A stretch of DNA of 64,000 nucleotides from Candidatus Sericytochromatia bacterium (GCA_035284745.1 JAYKIL010000015.1:106-64105); one strand, 5' to 3'. Positions 1 through 9,396 are shown, numbered from the stretch's first letter. The notes: generated by a model not told the origin, from the sequence alone. Translations and numbers: made by a program.

Positions 1-327
1 TTTGCCATCCCAACACTTCAACTGCAAGCGCTCAGGTCTGACGTCCAGTCTTGAAACGTTCAGGTTTTTGACCACCATTTCTATTTCAAACTTGCCTTCA
101 AGGCCTTTGCGCGCTTGCAAGGTGACTGTAAAACCGGATCCGCGAATGAACGCGGCTTTTTTTCCTTTCACATCGATCACCTCGACCCGGCCGGGGGATT
201 CGCGAGGAACCAGTTTGAATTTCTGTGCACACCCTGTCAGGCCAAGACTTCCCGCCGTCAGCAGTGTGAGCGAGAAGAACGAACGAAAGACAAAAGAAAG
301 AGCGTTCACGGCATGGTCCTTTTTCAT
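1..327 (-). CDS. putative lipoprotein, partial (3' end beyond window edge)
   Basis: Own minus-strand translation from ATG 327-325: MKKDHAVNALSFVFRSFFSLTLLTAGSLGLTGCAQKFKLVPRE... It stays open in frame to position 1. Hydrophobic signal region plus LTGC lipobox. Not in supplied track (no stop inside window). Confidence 0.55.
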   Translation of the reverse strand, partial: MKKDHAVNALSFVFRSFFSLTLLTAGSLGLTGCAQKFKLVPRESPGRVEVIDVKGKKAAFIRGSGFTVTLQARKGLEGKFEIEMVVKNLNVSRLDVRPERLQLKCWDGK

Positions 328-463
328 TTCGACATCCAGTCAGTACCCGGGCGATGGCAGGGGCCCACGGCGTGGGAGGTGACCTCAGCGCCTATGGTGA
401 TGGACGAAGTTGTGGCTGCGAGGGTTCCCTCTTGCCTCAGGGTGAGCATGCAGGCTCACTGGC

Positions 464-1294
464 TCAGGGCAATTCGTCTGGGTTCCAGCAGATGCGCAAG
501 CCTTCGTCGAGAGAACACAGCTGCTCCATATCCTCCGCATCAAGTTTCAACTGGATGCTCTCGAAGTTTTCTGCGAGGCGGGCGCGCTGGACGGTTTTTG
601 GAATGGTGATTGTTCCCAAGGTCAAGCACCACGCAATGAGAACCTGCGCAGGGCTGGCCCCATGTTTGTGAGCAATGGCCCGTATGACGGGGGCGTTCAG
701 GCGCTCGCCTCGTGTGAGCGGACTGTAGGCTTCCAAGGCGATATCATTTTTTTTGCAAAAGTCGAGCAGCGCGCGCTGGTACAGGAAGGGATGGAACTCG
801 ACTTGATTGACTGCCGGGGGCGTATTGGCAGTTGCCATTAATTGCTCAAGATGCCGGATGGTGTAGTTACTCACCCCGATTGAGCGCGTCATCCCCTCTC
901 GCGCCAAACGCTCCAGCGCACGCCAAGTATCTTTGCGCGTATCAGGCTTGGGCCAATGGATAAGGTACAGGTCCACGTGGTCCAGCCCCAAGAGCTCCAG
1001 GCTGCGTTCACACGCGCGCAAGGTTTGGTCATACCCTTGATCCTTGGTCCAGACTTTGGTGACGACAAAGACGTCGTTCCGGGGCAACCCGCAATCGCGC
1101 ACCGCGCGCCCCACATCGACCTCGTTGCCGTAGATGCTGGCGGTATCGATGTGCCGGTAACCCAATTCCAACGCCGTCAGAACCGCTTCGTACGCCTCGC
1201 GCCCCGTCTCCGCCTGGTAGACACCCAGTCCCAGTTGCGGAATGGGGATACCGGCGTTGAGGTTAATGACCGGTTGGCTGTTGGGGATGCTCAC
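464..1294 (-). CDS. aldo/keto reductase (2,5-diketo-D-gluconate reductase-like)
   Basis: 276-aa ORF with AKR hallmarks GYRHIDTASIYGNE, VTKVW, LDHVDLYLIHWP, IGVSNY, NQVEFHP, EAYSPL, IPKT. Confidence 0.9.
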   Translation of the reverse strand: MSIPNSQPVINLNAGIPIPQLGLGVYQAETGREAYEAVLTALELGYRHIDTASIYGNEVDVGRAVRDCGLPRNDVFVVTKVWTKDQGYDQTLRACERSLELLGLDHVDLYLIHWPKPDTRKDTWRALERLAREGMTRSIGVSNYTIRHLEQLMATANTPPAVNQVEFHPFLYQRALLDFCKKNDIALEAYSPLTRGERLNAPVIRAIAHKHGASPAQVLIAWCLTLGTITIPKTVQRARLAENFESIQLKLDAEDMEQLCSLDEGLRICWNPDELP

Positions 1295-1707
1295 GCCGGG
1301 GTGTCCTCAAAAGAGGTCAATCGACGGCTTTCCCACGCCTCCCAGGCCAGTGCCAGCCACGCTCCGATCCAAATCATTCCGCCCAAAGGTGCCACCGCCG
1401 CAAGAATTTCTTGTTTTGAGAGCACCAGGGCGTACAAGCTGCCTGAAAAAAGCACAGTTCCCATCACCATGCTCAGCAATATGCCAGAATTGGGGCGCAG
1501 GAGGCGCGCGTGAAGGGCAGTGGCAATCGCGAGGATGGCCAGCGCATGCCAAAATTGGTAGTGAGTGCCCGTATGCCATGTTTCAAGACGTTCTGGCGTG
1601 AGCGTGCCCAGTGCCACTTGTCCTTTCAGAATATGTGCGCCGACCGCGTGGAGGGCGACGGACAGCCCCGCGCTGAAAGCGCCTATGGCGAAATAAACCT
1701 GGTTCAT
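1291..1707 (-). CDS. small integral membrane protein, DUF423/YgdD-like
   Basis: 138-aa ORF with four hydrophobic segments. Motifs LHAVGAH, HTGTHYQFWHALA and GTVLFSGSLY, which I associate with DUF423 (from memory). ATGA start/stop overlap with the AKR gene at 1291-1294. Confidence 0.75.
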   Translation of the reverse strand: MNQVYFAIGAFSAGLSVALHAVGAHILKGQVALGTLTPERLETWHTGTHYQFWHALAILAIATALHARLLRPNSGILLSMVMGTVLFSGSLYALVLSKQEILAAVAPLGGMIWIGAWLALAWEAWESRRLTSFEDTPA

Positions 1708-1718
1708 TCGATGCTCCT

Positions 1719-2396
1719 TTATCGCCCCTCAGTTGGCCGCTTCACGGCCAATGACAGGCCGTCTCCGATGGGAAGCAAGCAAAATTCTATACGTTCATCC
1801 GCTTGCATCTTTACGTTGAGTGACATAATGGCTTGGGTGTCTTGCTCGGGCGAATCGGATTCTAGCACACGACCTGACCATAGCGTATTGTCTATTGCAA
1901 CCAAGCCACCAGGCCGTAGAAGGCATAACGCTTGCTCGTAATAAGCATCATAATGACTCTTGTCGGCATCAATGAATATGAAGTCAAAAGAGTTCGAAGC
2001 CCCCGCCTGCAGGAGTTCTTCCAAGCTGTCTAAGGCGGGTGCGATCCGCAGATCGATGCGTTGGCTGACGTTCGCCAGCTCCCAATATTTTCGCGCGATG
2101 GCGGTGTACTCTTCGCTCACATCCAGGGCGACCAAGAGGCCATCTTCTGGAAGTGCCAGGGCGGTCACCAGGCTGCTGTAACCTGTGAATACACCGATTT
2201 CCAGAGCCTTTCTGGCGCCCATGAGTTTCAACAAAATCGTCAGGAACTGCCCCTGCTCCGGGCTGATCTGCATCATAGATTCCGGCATCCGGGATGTCTC
2301 TTCACGCAATTGGCGGAGTAAGTCGGTTTCACGCGAAATCGGTCCGGTGAGGTAGGCATACAGGGCATCTGTCATTCGCAGGGTGCGTGTGGACAT
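1719..2396 (-). CDS. class I SAM-dependent O-methyltransferase (caffeoyl-CoA OMT-like)
   Basis: 225-aa ORF. ALEIGVFTGYSS (SAM motif I), LVALDVSEE, FDFIFIDADK, GGLVAIDNTLW. Confidence 0.88.
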   Translation of the reverse strand: MSTRTLRMTDALYAYLTGPISRETDLLRQLREETSRMPESMMQISPEQGQFLTILLKLMGARKALEIGVFTGYSSLVTALALPEDGLLVALDVSEEYTAIARKYWELANVSQRIDLRIAPALDSLEELLQAGASNSFDFIFIDADKSHYDAYYEQALCLLRPGGLVAIDNTLWSGRVLESDSPEQDTQAIMSLNVKMQADERIEFCLLPIGDGLSLAVKRPTEGR

Positions 2397-2540
2397 GGTG
2401 TTTCTCCTCAGGTTTCGCCGTTCGCTGACTCTGACGCCACGAATTATACGATTTTAAATGAACCTTAAAGGTTTTTTACCCTTTTTCCGCGTCAGAGAGC
2501 GGACGATACACCCGACGAATAAGCAGGGAGTTGGTTTGGA

Positions 2541-3857
2541 GTGGGTGCGGCAGGCCGGGGAAAACCCTGGTCGGTCGTGGTGAGGAGTGCTGTGCGTATG
2601 AATTTTTCGGTCGTGACCCCCTTGGGTTCGGGTAGCGTGCCTTTGCCCCCAAGCTTTGAGGCGTCAAAAGCAGGAGACGTGTCTTGGGCAGAGGTCTCAG
2701 CGCCGACGGTGATGGCACTCAGCGCAACGGCCCAGCGGGCCTCTCGGCACATACAGAATGCGGCAGTGGGCTCGGGTGGGGCCGGGTTGCCCCAATTCTT
2801 GCGGTCGGGGGTCCCCTCGCAGCTGTCATTGCCGGTCTGGGCACCTCCCCCGCCGCCGCCGCCTCCCCCGCCTCCCCCGCCTTTTGTGGGGGTCGCCTCG
2901 CCGTCGGAGAGGTTGTGGGAGCGTGAGTTGGCCCTTCTTAGCCAACAGCTCAATCAGTTGCAAAGTCAACTGAATCGCTTGCTGACGCCAGGGCCGGACG
3001 GCCCAGTGAAGCAGCCTACGTCACCCGTGTCGGGGGTCGCAACGAGTTCGTCCCTTCCGCCGTTGGCAGAGGTGGCGCGGGATGCGGTGGAGAACGAGCC
3101 ACTTGTTCGCGAGTTGCAGACACATCTGCAGGCACTTGGCTTCGAGCCAGGGCCCGTGGATGGTTGGTTTGGTCCGCAGACGGCCGCGGCTGTGCGTCGC
3201 TTTCAGGCCTCCGCAGGCCTTCCGGCGACGGGCCGTGTGGAGGCTGCCACCTGGCAGGCGATCGCCGGGGCCCTCGTGTCTCGCGTGCCCGTGCCGCCCG
3301 CGGTGTCTGAGTCTGAGTCCCGCGCAGGGGATCCTCACCAACGGCGTCGCGAATGGTTTTTTACACAGCAGCCCAGCAAATACAACCCCAATGAGGACGC
3401 GCCGGGCAATGGTAACTGTGGCCCGGCCTCAGCGACCATGGTGGCGCGGGCTTTTGGCAAGATTCAAATCACCCCCGCTGAAGTCGACGCGGCCGTTGAG
3501 GAGACGCGCCGTCGAATGGGTGACTCACAGAGTGAGTATCAGGGCACCAGCATCGCGGGTATCGTTCGGGGTTTGAAGTCCTATGGCTTGGATGCAAAAA
3601 CGGTTTGGAATGTCACTTTGGATACGATGAAGCGTGAACTGGCGAAGGGGAGATTGGTGATCGCCCACGTGGTGCCTACATATTTACGGCCGAATGCAAC
3701 CAATGGACACTATACGGTGGTGACCGCGATTGAGAACGGGAAAGTTTATTTGAATGATCCTTCGGGGAGGCAGGGCCCCCTTGTGATTCAGGAGTCTGCT
3801 TTTTGGAGTGCTGTTAAGCAGCGGGGGACGTTCGCGATGATTACGGCCGGACCCTAA
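2541..3857 (+). CDS. peptidase C39-like (papain-fold) protein with peptidoglycan-binding domain and poly-proline linker
   Basis: 438-aa ORF (GTG 2541; alternative ATG 2598; both have a GGAG-type SD about 10 nt upstream). PG_binding_1-like LQTHLQALGFEPGPVDGWFGPQTAAAVRRFQASAGLPATGRV. C39_2-like Cys (NGNCGPASATMVARAF) and His (NGHYTVVTAIENGKVYLNDP). No Sec signal peptide visible. Confidence 0.75.
   Translation: MGAAGRGKPWSVVVRSAVRMNFSVVTPLGSGSVPLPPSFEASKAGDVSWAEVSAPTVMALSATAQRASRHIQNAAVGSGGAGLPQFLRSGVPSQLSLPVWAPPPPPPPPPPPPPFVGVASPSERLWERELALLSQQLNQLQSQLNRLLTPGPDGPVKQPTSPVSGVATSSSLPPLAEVARDAVENEPLVRELQTHLQALGFEPGPVDGWFGPQTAAAVRRFQASAGLPATGRVEAATWQAIAGALVSRVPVPPAVSESESRAGDPHQRRREWFFTQQPSKYNPNEDAPGNGNCGPASATMVARAFGKIQITPAEVDAAVEETRRRMGDSQSEYQGTSIAGIVRGLKSYGLDAKTVWNVTLDTMKRELAKGRLVIAHVVPTYLRPNATNGHYTVVTAIENGKVYLNDPSGRQGPLVIQESAFWSAVKQRGTFAMITAGP
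2844..2882 (+). repeat. 13 consecutive proline codons, low-complexity linker
   Basis: cct ccc ccg ccg ccg ccg cct ccc ccg cct ccc ccg cct read in the 2541 frame. It appears as poly-Gly in antisense ORF 2492..2953. Confidence 0.9.
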
Positions 3858-3864
3858 TGCCTGC

Positions 3865-5112
3865 CTAAAGCCCCAGCGCCCGCGCGGGGTCGACGCGACC
3901 GTGCCCGCTGTAGGGGTCAAACCCGCTGCGAACAATGTCTTTGGCCGTCGAATACAAAACATCAGCCACTTGTGCTTGCGTGAGGGCAGGGTTGTCGCTG
4001 CGCAGCAATGCGGCAGCCGCTGTGACGTGTGGGGCCGCCATGGATGTGCCACGCATCAGGCGATAGCCGGTTCCTCGTGCCGTCGGGAAGGTCGACAAGA
4101 TACTTTCGCCAGGCGCGGCCAGGTCGACCCAGTCCCCCCACGTCGAGAAACTAGCCCAACCGTCAATATCCGTCGAGGCAGCGACAGCGATCACGCCGTC
4201 TTGGGCTGCCGGGTAATTGAGACCGTCATTCTTACCCGAGTTCCCGCTTGCTGCGACAACCACAACGTCTTTTTCCATGGCATAACGGACCGCCTCCATC
4301 GTGGCTTCCCCAGGCAGGGGGGTGCCCCAACTGCAGTTGATGACTTTGGCCCCGTGGTCCACCGCCCAGACAATCGCTTCGGCGGTGATGCCTGCCGTAG
4401 AGTGACCGAACTGGTTGAAAATCTTGACGGGCAGAAGTTTACAGCCAGGGGCCAAACCTGCGATGCCGATAGCATTGTTGGTTCGTGCGCCTACGATGCC
4501 GGCGACGTGAGTTCCGTGCCCATAGGGGTCTTCAAGGCCTCCGGATTGCGGAGGGGTCACCGTGAGGTCCCAGCCAGGCACACACGCACCTTGTAAATCG
4601 GGGTGTCGGGCGTCTATCCCTGAATCGATGATGGCCACCACGCAATTGGGTGTGCCCGTTTGTTTGAGCCAAAAGCGATCCGCGTTCAGCGTGTGGTAGC
4701 TGTATTGTGCTGGCAATAGTGGGTCGTTGGGTCCGTAAGAGACGGTTCGGGCGATGGGGCGTGCTTTGATGTCTTGGCCATCGATCCTCGGTGCCCGCAC
4801 GGGGTGATCGGCTTCCACCCACACGGCGCCGGGCGTCGTTTGAAGTGCGCGAAGCGGGGAAGCGCCTGCATACCGATGCATACCCGCCCCGATCGACCGG
4901 ACATATCGCAGGCCGCTCTGTTGGGCGTATTTCGTGGGTGAAATTCCCGGTTTGAGTCGAATGATCCACTGTGTTGATGCGTTCGTGGTCACGGCCGAGA
5001 ATTCGGCAGGGGCTGGCGCGGGCAGGGGAGTCACAGCGCAGCCTTCCAGCGCTGCAAGGGCCGTTGCAACAAGGGTGGCCGTAAGGTGGAACAGACTCGC
5101 CGCGATGCGCAT
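3865..5112 (-). CDS. secreted subtilisin-like serine protease (S8)
   Basis: 415-aa ORF with an N-terminal signal peptide. Triad motifs AIIDSGID (Asp), HGTHVAGIVGA (His), GTSMAAPHVTAAAALL (Ser). Confidence 0.92.
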   Translation of the reverse strand: MRIAASLFHLTATLVATALAALEGCAVTPLPAPAPAEFSAVTTNASTQWIIRLKPGISPTKYAQQSGLRYVRSIGAGMHRYAGASPLRALQTTPGAVWVEADHPVRAPRIDGQDIKARPIARTVSYGPNDPLLPAQYSYHTLNADRFWLKQTGTPNCVVAIIDSGIDARHPDLQGACVPGWDLTVTPPQSGGLEDPYGHGTHVAGIVGARTNNAIGIAGLAPGCKLLPVKIFNQFGHSTAGITAEAIVWAVDHGAKVINCSWGTPLPGEATMEAVRYAMEKDVVVVAASGNSGKNDGLNYPAAQDGVIAVAASTDIDGWASFSTWGDWVDLAAPGESILSTFPTARGTGYRLMRGTSMAAPHVTAAAALLRSDNPALTQAQVADVLYSTAKDIVRSGFDPYSGHGRVDPARALGL

Positions 5113-5337
5113 AATCTCTTTTTTTAAAAAAATTAACTTTTACTTAGTATAACAGAGGGGGTAGGACGGGGAAACCCAGTCGTGTTCTTCGGGTTGCGGT
5201 GACTTTATTTTGGGAGGTATGGCCATTTATTATCGAACCTGAAACAGAAAAACGAATTTCTCCTTTGTTTCTGGGAAAAATAAAACCGGGGGCATGCTTT
5301 CAAGCGGAGATTGGGTTGCGCGGGGCAGGAGATAGCA

Positions 5338-6432
5338 TTGTCAGCCAAGTGTTTTTATCATCCGCGTGTTGAGGCGGAAAAAAATTGCGAGGGTTGTCGG
5401 CTCTCCATTTGCGATAACTGCGAACAGGACGGTCTTTGTCGGGAGTGCCGCAACAAACGAAAGGCCATTGCCGACAGGAGGGCCCGTCTCGAAGGGACGT
5501 TGCCCGACACTCAGAATGCTGGCCCGGGCCTCCAGGAGGTGGCCGAAACTCCCAAAAGTCAATACGACCCCGAGAGGGTCGCCTATCGGAGCTCGTCCAA
5601 AGTTTATAAGGCGATGAAAGAGCCCTCGAAGGGGGCTGCTTTGGTGGCGGCTCTCACCGATACGCGGGTTGCTTTGACCTTGGGCTTGTTGATTGGCGTC
5701 GGTGTCTTGATATTTTTTGGCTCCGACTTCCTTCCGGCCTCTGAGCCGGACTATCCGACGCAGGCTGTCGCAACGCCCGATGCTGAACCTGAGATGTCCA
5801 CCGATGCTGTGCAACAGCCTGAGCCGGTTGTCGCCGCATCACAGGCCGCTCCTGTCCCGGTCGCACCGCCACCTTCTGCAAATTCCGTGGATCCGGTGGC
5901 CGCCCACATGGCGGGCCTGTGGGCGGCGGCGCGTCAGGATGCTGAGAAACAGACCCTTGTTTCGCGGGCGGTCGAGGCACAAGAAGATCGTCGTATGCTT
6001 CGTGAGCAGGCTGCTCTTCGTGCGTGGCAGCGTCGGCAAATTGCGATGGCGGAAGCAGAGAGCCGAAAGCATGCGGCTGAGTATGCTCGCGCGGCGGCTC
6101 AGGCCAGGGCCGCCGCACGTGCACGGCCCGCGGCACCTCTGCCGGTTGTGGCGTCCCCGCCTCCTGCCGTGGCAGGGGCTGCTGCTGCTGCCACTTTTTT
6201 GGGGAACGGGGCAACCGGGGGACCCGCGCGGGTTTCCTCGGCACCTGTTCTGAAACTGCTGTCGCTGAGCCAGGATTCCCAGCCCGTGCGGATCGCGTTG
6301 GCAAAGTCGGCCTCAGGGCTGCGTTATTCCTCGTCGCGAAAACGGGTGAATAAGAGACGTCGCGGGATGCTCCGCGTGGAAGACCCGTCGATAGATGGAC
6401 GCCTCAAGACACCCTTGGTGACTCAGTGGTAG
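5338..6432 (+). CDS. membrane protein with N-terminal B-box/zinc-ribbon-like Cys cluster
   Basis: ORF open from 5311. TTG 5338 is preferred (GGAG 5328-5331, 6-nt spacer). CFYHP-x9-CEGC-x4-CDNC-x5-CREC, one TM helix (ALTLGLLIGVGVLIFFG), Ala/Pro/Arg-rich C-terminal half. Confidence 0.6.
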   Translation: MSAKCFYHPRVEAEKNCEGCRLSICDNCEQDGLCRECRNKRKAIADRRARLEGTLPDTQNAGPGLQEVAETPKSQYDPERVAYRSSSKVYKAMKEPSKGAALVAALTDTRVALTLGLLIGVGVLIFFGSDFLPASEPDYPTQAVATPDAEPEMSTDAVQQPEPVVAASQAAPVPVAPPPSANSVDPVAAHMAGLWAAARQDAEKQTLVSRAVEAQEDRRMLREQAALRAWQRRQIAMAEAESRKHAAEYARAAAQARAAARARPAAPLPVVASPPPAVAGAAAAATFLGNGATGGPARVSSAPVLKLLSLSQDSQPVRIALAKSASGLRYSSSRKRVNKRRRGMLRVEDPSIDGRLKTPLVTQW

Positions 6433-7688
6433 ATGAGGCAGGCCGACCTGATGGACCACGGGCTCCTTTCGAGTTGCCCCGTCCTCCGGTCAACGAGCGC
6501 ACCGTTCCGCCGCTGCTTCACAGTCCCCCGCCGACAGCCTCGACGCCGAAAGGTGGATGGCTGCCCAGTCGTTTGGGGCCACTGAGCCCTGAGGATCCTT
6601 ATGTGCACGCCTGGTTCGTTTTGATGGGGCTGACTTCTCGTGAGGCCCAGCCCGACGGCCTGACGTTGCGCCAAGTGGTTCGAAGCGCCCAATGTGAATT
6701 CTTTCGAGGCGCCGAGGAGGCCTTCCTTCAACACATGGTGACGACGGGAGATGTGGTGCGTCGAGAAGGCAGTGCACAACGCTATGTTGCAGGCGCCTTG
6801 GATAAGCGCCTGGCCTGGCATCTCGAGCAAGCGCTGCTCTTGGCCCCTGGTGAGCCGCTGTGGGTCGCCTTTATGGAGGCTTTGAACGCCCATGAACTTG
6901 AGGGAAAGCAGTATACCTGGAACCTTCTCCGGGAGGCTTTCGCCGCACTGGTTGAAGGTTTTCCCGGCTGGCCGCACAGCGTGAAAACCGATGCACGGTT
7001 GTATGCGGAAAGGTGGCTTCCGCGTGTGGCGCGTGTGCGCCCGCCGATGCACCTGCGCGAGGAGGACGAATTGCTCAAATTGCGCGACGAGAATGCGTTG
7101 TTGCGGTCGCTGCTTGAGCAGGAATCGGTAGGCCAGCCGGTTGACGTTTTTGAGAAATCGTCCTTGGGGGGCAAGAAAGCCGAGTTACGCCGCCGGGTGG
7201 AAGAGCTCGAAGTTGAGTGCGTGAAGTTGACAGACTTGAATCAGGAACTCACCTGGGAGGTGGATGCGCTGGAGGCGGAGCTTGAAACGTTTGCACGCCC
7301 CGATGCGATGGAGGCTGTGGATGCTTTTTTGAGGGGCGAGGTCTCTGATTTATTGCCCGCTCACCTTCCTTCCGATGAGGTGCAAAGGTTGCGGGACTTG
7401 GTCGAGGACACCCGGGGGCCACGTTTCTTGCAGCGCGCATTTGCGGCGAAATTAGGAGCGATTTACCGCTCGCCACTCAGTTTTGTGCGCCTGACCTCCC
7501 AAGCGTTTGCAGGTTTGTCACATCCATTTGAAAGCCTGCATCGTGCGCGGGTGGGGGGCTATCGTATTGGTTTTGGCGTTTCAAAACGCGTCCCGACGAT
7601 TCTGCACATTGGTTTGCGCGATCACTTCTACGCGACGTTTTTTGTTCGCCTGGATGCCTGGAGCGGCCGGATGAGAGGGTCCCTTTAA
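6426..7688 (+). CDS. hypothetical coiled-coil protein with RelE/ParE-like C-terminal signature
   Basis: 420-aa ORF (GTG 6426 overlaps upstream stop; alternative GTG 6603 behind GAGGA 6591-6595). Heptad-rich centre (KKAELRRRVEELEVECVKLTDLNQELTWEVDALEAELE). C-terminus RARVGGYRIGFGVSKRVPTILHIGLRDHFY. Confidence 0.6.
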   Translation: MVDEAGRPDGPRAPFELPRPPVNERTVPPLLHSPPPTASTPKGGWLPSRLGPLSPEDPYVHAWFVLMGLTSREAQPDGLTLRQVVRSAQCEFFRGAEEAFLQHMVTTGDVVRREGSAQRYVAGALDKRLAWHLEQALLLAPGEPLWVAFMEALNAHELEGKQYTWNLLREAFAALVEGFPGWPHSVKTDARLYAERWLPRVARVRPPMHLREEDELLKLRDENALLRSLLEQESVGQPVDVFEKSSLGGKKAELRRRVEELEVECVKLTDLNQELTWEVDALEAELETFARPDAMEAVDAFLRGEVSDLLPAHLPSDEVQRLRDLVEDTRGPRFLQRAFAAKLGAIYRSPLSFVRLTSQAFAGLSHPFESLHRARVGGYRIGFGVSKRVPTILHIGLRDHFYATFFVRLDAWSGRMRGSL

Positions 7689-7695
7689 GACGGCG

Positions 7696-7743
7696 AAAAA
7701 GGGTCGCGGCGTGGAAGACCACCGTCATCGCGAGCTTTTTTTT
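7696..7743. terminator. probable bidirectional intrinsic terminator between convergent genes
   Basis: AAAAA, then a two-part GC stem (TCGCG..CGCGA outer, GTGG aaga CCAC inner), then T8 (7736-7743). Confidence 0.4.
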
Positions 7744-7751
7744 ACACGGTC

Positions 7752-8357
7752 TTATTCTAACGGCGTGCTCTCAGGCCCTCGAATTTTAACGGCCCAGGAC
7801 GGCGCTGTATGCACAACGGCAAGCGTTGGTTCGTCATCAGGCGCGATGGCGTATCCCCGCGTGACTTTGGCGACCGCGTCGGGCGGAGCACCCTCCAGCG
7901 GACGGGTGACAAATACCCAATCGTCGCCATATTGCTGTTGCAGAGCGCGCCACGTTTTTTCTGCCCAGCCTTCGGGCGGGGAAACCTTGCTGGCGGGGGG
8001 AACATGCAGCACCATACCTGGTCGTAAAATTTTCTTTTCAATCCCTGGGTTGGCTGCGATCAGCCAATCCATTTTGTTGGCTGAACCGTAGAATCGAACG
8101 GCGATCGCCCAGAGCGAATCTCCCGGCAGTACGCGGGTGGTGGGGGTCTCTTTCGGTACATTGGCAAGCTCTTTAAGCCAGGAGAGTCTTGCTGCGCCCC
8201 GTATGACGCGCTTGTTGGCGTTAATGGGGGCCATCAGAAATTGTTTGGCCGCAGGGGCACGGGATGTTTGCGCTGCAACAGGCAGGCCTTGGTATCCAAT
8301 GGCCGCGAATAGCAAAATGGCACCTACAATCGGCATGGACATTCTGTTCCTCGTCAT
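7752..8357 (-). CDS. secreted LysM domain protein
   Basis: 201-aa ORF. Signal peptide MSMPIVGAILLFAAIGYQGLPVAAQ. LysM segment RVLPGDSLWAIAVRFYGSANKMDWLIAANPGIEKKILRPGMVLHVP. ATGA overlap with upstream SPFH gene (8354-8357). Confidence 0.8.
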   Translation of the reverse strand: MTRNRMSMPIVGAILLFAAIGYQGLPVAAQTSRAPAAKQFLMAPINANKRVIRGAARLSWLKELANVPKETPTTRVLPGDSLWAIAVRFYGSANKMDWLIAANPGIEKKILRPGMVLHVPPASKVSPPEGWAEKTWRALQQQYGDDWVFVTRPLEGAPPDAVAKVTRGYAIAPDDEPTLAVVHTAPSWAVKIRGPESTPLE

Positions 8358-9286
8358 CGGTTCTTCGCCATTCCCGGTTTTTGTCCGTCTTCAAGGAGCA
8401 GTTCATTGAGGTTATATAAGTTGTTGGGCGGCAAAACCAGTCGCAACTTATCGCTCAGTTTGTCGACGTACATCTTGCGAATGAGCCGATCCGTCAACGA
8501 CTGGGCCACTTGTTGGTTGGCTTTCGCCTCTGCTTGTGCACGGATAAGCCGGGCCTTTGCGTCTGCCTCGGCTGCAACAACGGCCGCTCGACCGTTTGCT
8601 TCTGCCTCGACAATCCTCTGGCGGGCCGCCGTCCGGGCGCGTTCAAGATCGTTTTCAGCGCGGGTTTTGTCTGATATCGCCTTTGCGATTTCATCCGGCA
8701 AGTAAACGGCGCGGATGAGAACGGCCTGAAGATCGATGTGGTCCGTTCTCATGGTTTTCCGCAAGTGTTCGAGGGCCATCAATTCGACTTTTCTCCGCCC
8801 GTCACCTGAAATAGCTTCATTGAGGGGTAAAGAGGCGATGGCAGTCGCCAGTGCTGCTTTGAAACGACTGCGGAAATACCTTTCGATGATGGCGTCGAAG
8901 GGAAGGCCGTAGCGCTGGTACAGGGGCACAACATCGCTCTTGCTGCGAATGAGAAACTCGACCGAGGCATCGACAACGAATGTTTGCCCTTCGAGAGAGT
9001 TGACGCGAACCGCATCATCTTGATTCGAGCGGAGATGTTCGCCCCCGCGAACCATCACGTATTGTTGCAAAATCATGGGGAACTCAATGATGTGCTCCCG
9101 CAGCGGCGTTGCAATTCGAATACCTGGGTCATACACGTGTTTGATCTCGCCCGAAAAATCGTCGACGAGTAATCCTACGTGGCCTTGGCGTACGTACGAT
9201 ACGCAGCCTGCATTGGTTGTCACGGTGATGGCCGCCAATAAACCCAATAGGTGATTTCGCACGGAGATTCCTCCTTTCGCTTCCAC
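8354..9286 (-). CDS. SPFH/band-7 (prohibitin/HflC-like) membrane protein
   Basis: 310-aa ORF. N-terminal anchor LLGLLAAITVTTNAGC, SPFH core, and an Ala/Glu/Arg-rich tail (ARQRIVEAEANGRAAVVAAEADAKARLIRAQAEAKA). Confidence 0.88.
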   Translation of the reverse strand: MEAKGGISVRNHLLGLLAAITVTTNAGCVSYVRQGHVGLLVDDFSGEIKHVYDPGIRIATPLREHIIEFPMILQQYVMVRGGEHLRSNQDDAVRVNSLEGQTFVVDASVEFLIRSKSDVVPLYQRYGLPFDAIIERYFRSRFKAALATAIASLPLNEAISGDGRRKVELMALEHLRKTMRTDHIDLQAVLIRAVYLPDEIAKAISDKTRAENDLERARTAARQRIVEAEANGRAAVVAAEADAKARLIRAQAEAKANQQVAQSLTDRLIRKMYVDKLSDKLRLVLPPNNLYNLNELLLEDGQKPGMAKNR

Positions 9287-9396
9287 AACCGCCGATCGCG
9301 TACCCTGTTACGGGGCAGGGTAAACGGGGTGGAGCCTCTTACCGTGTCGTTTTCAAGCACAGTCAATGGGGTATTGAACGAGGCAGGGGGCGTTGG

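Noticed and set aside
2492-2953. 153-aa minus-strand ORF with a poly-glycine run
   Set aside because: It is the mirror image of the (CCN)13 proline run in the plus-strand C39-like gene. It has no independent support.
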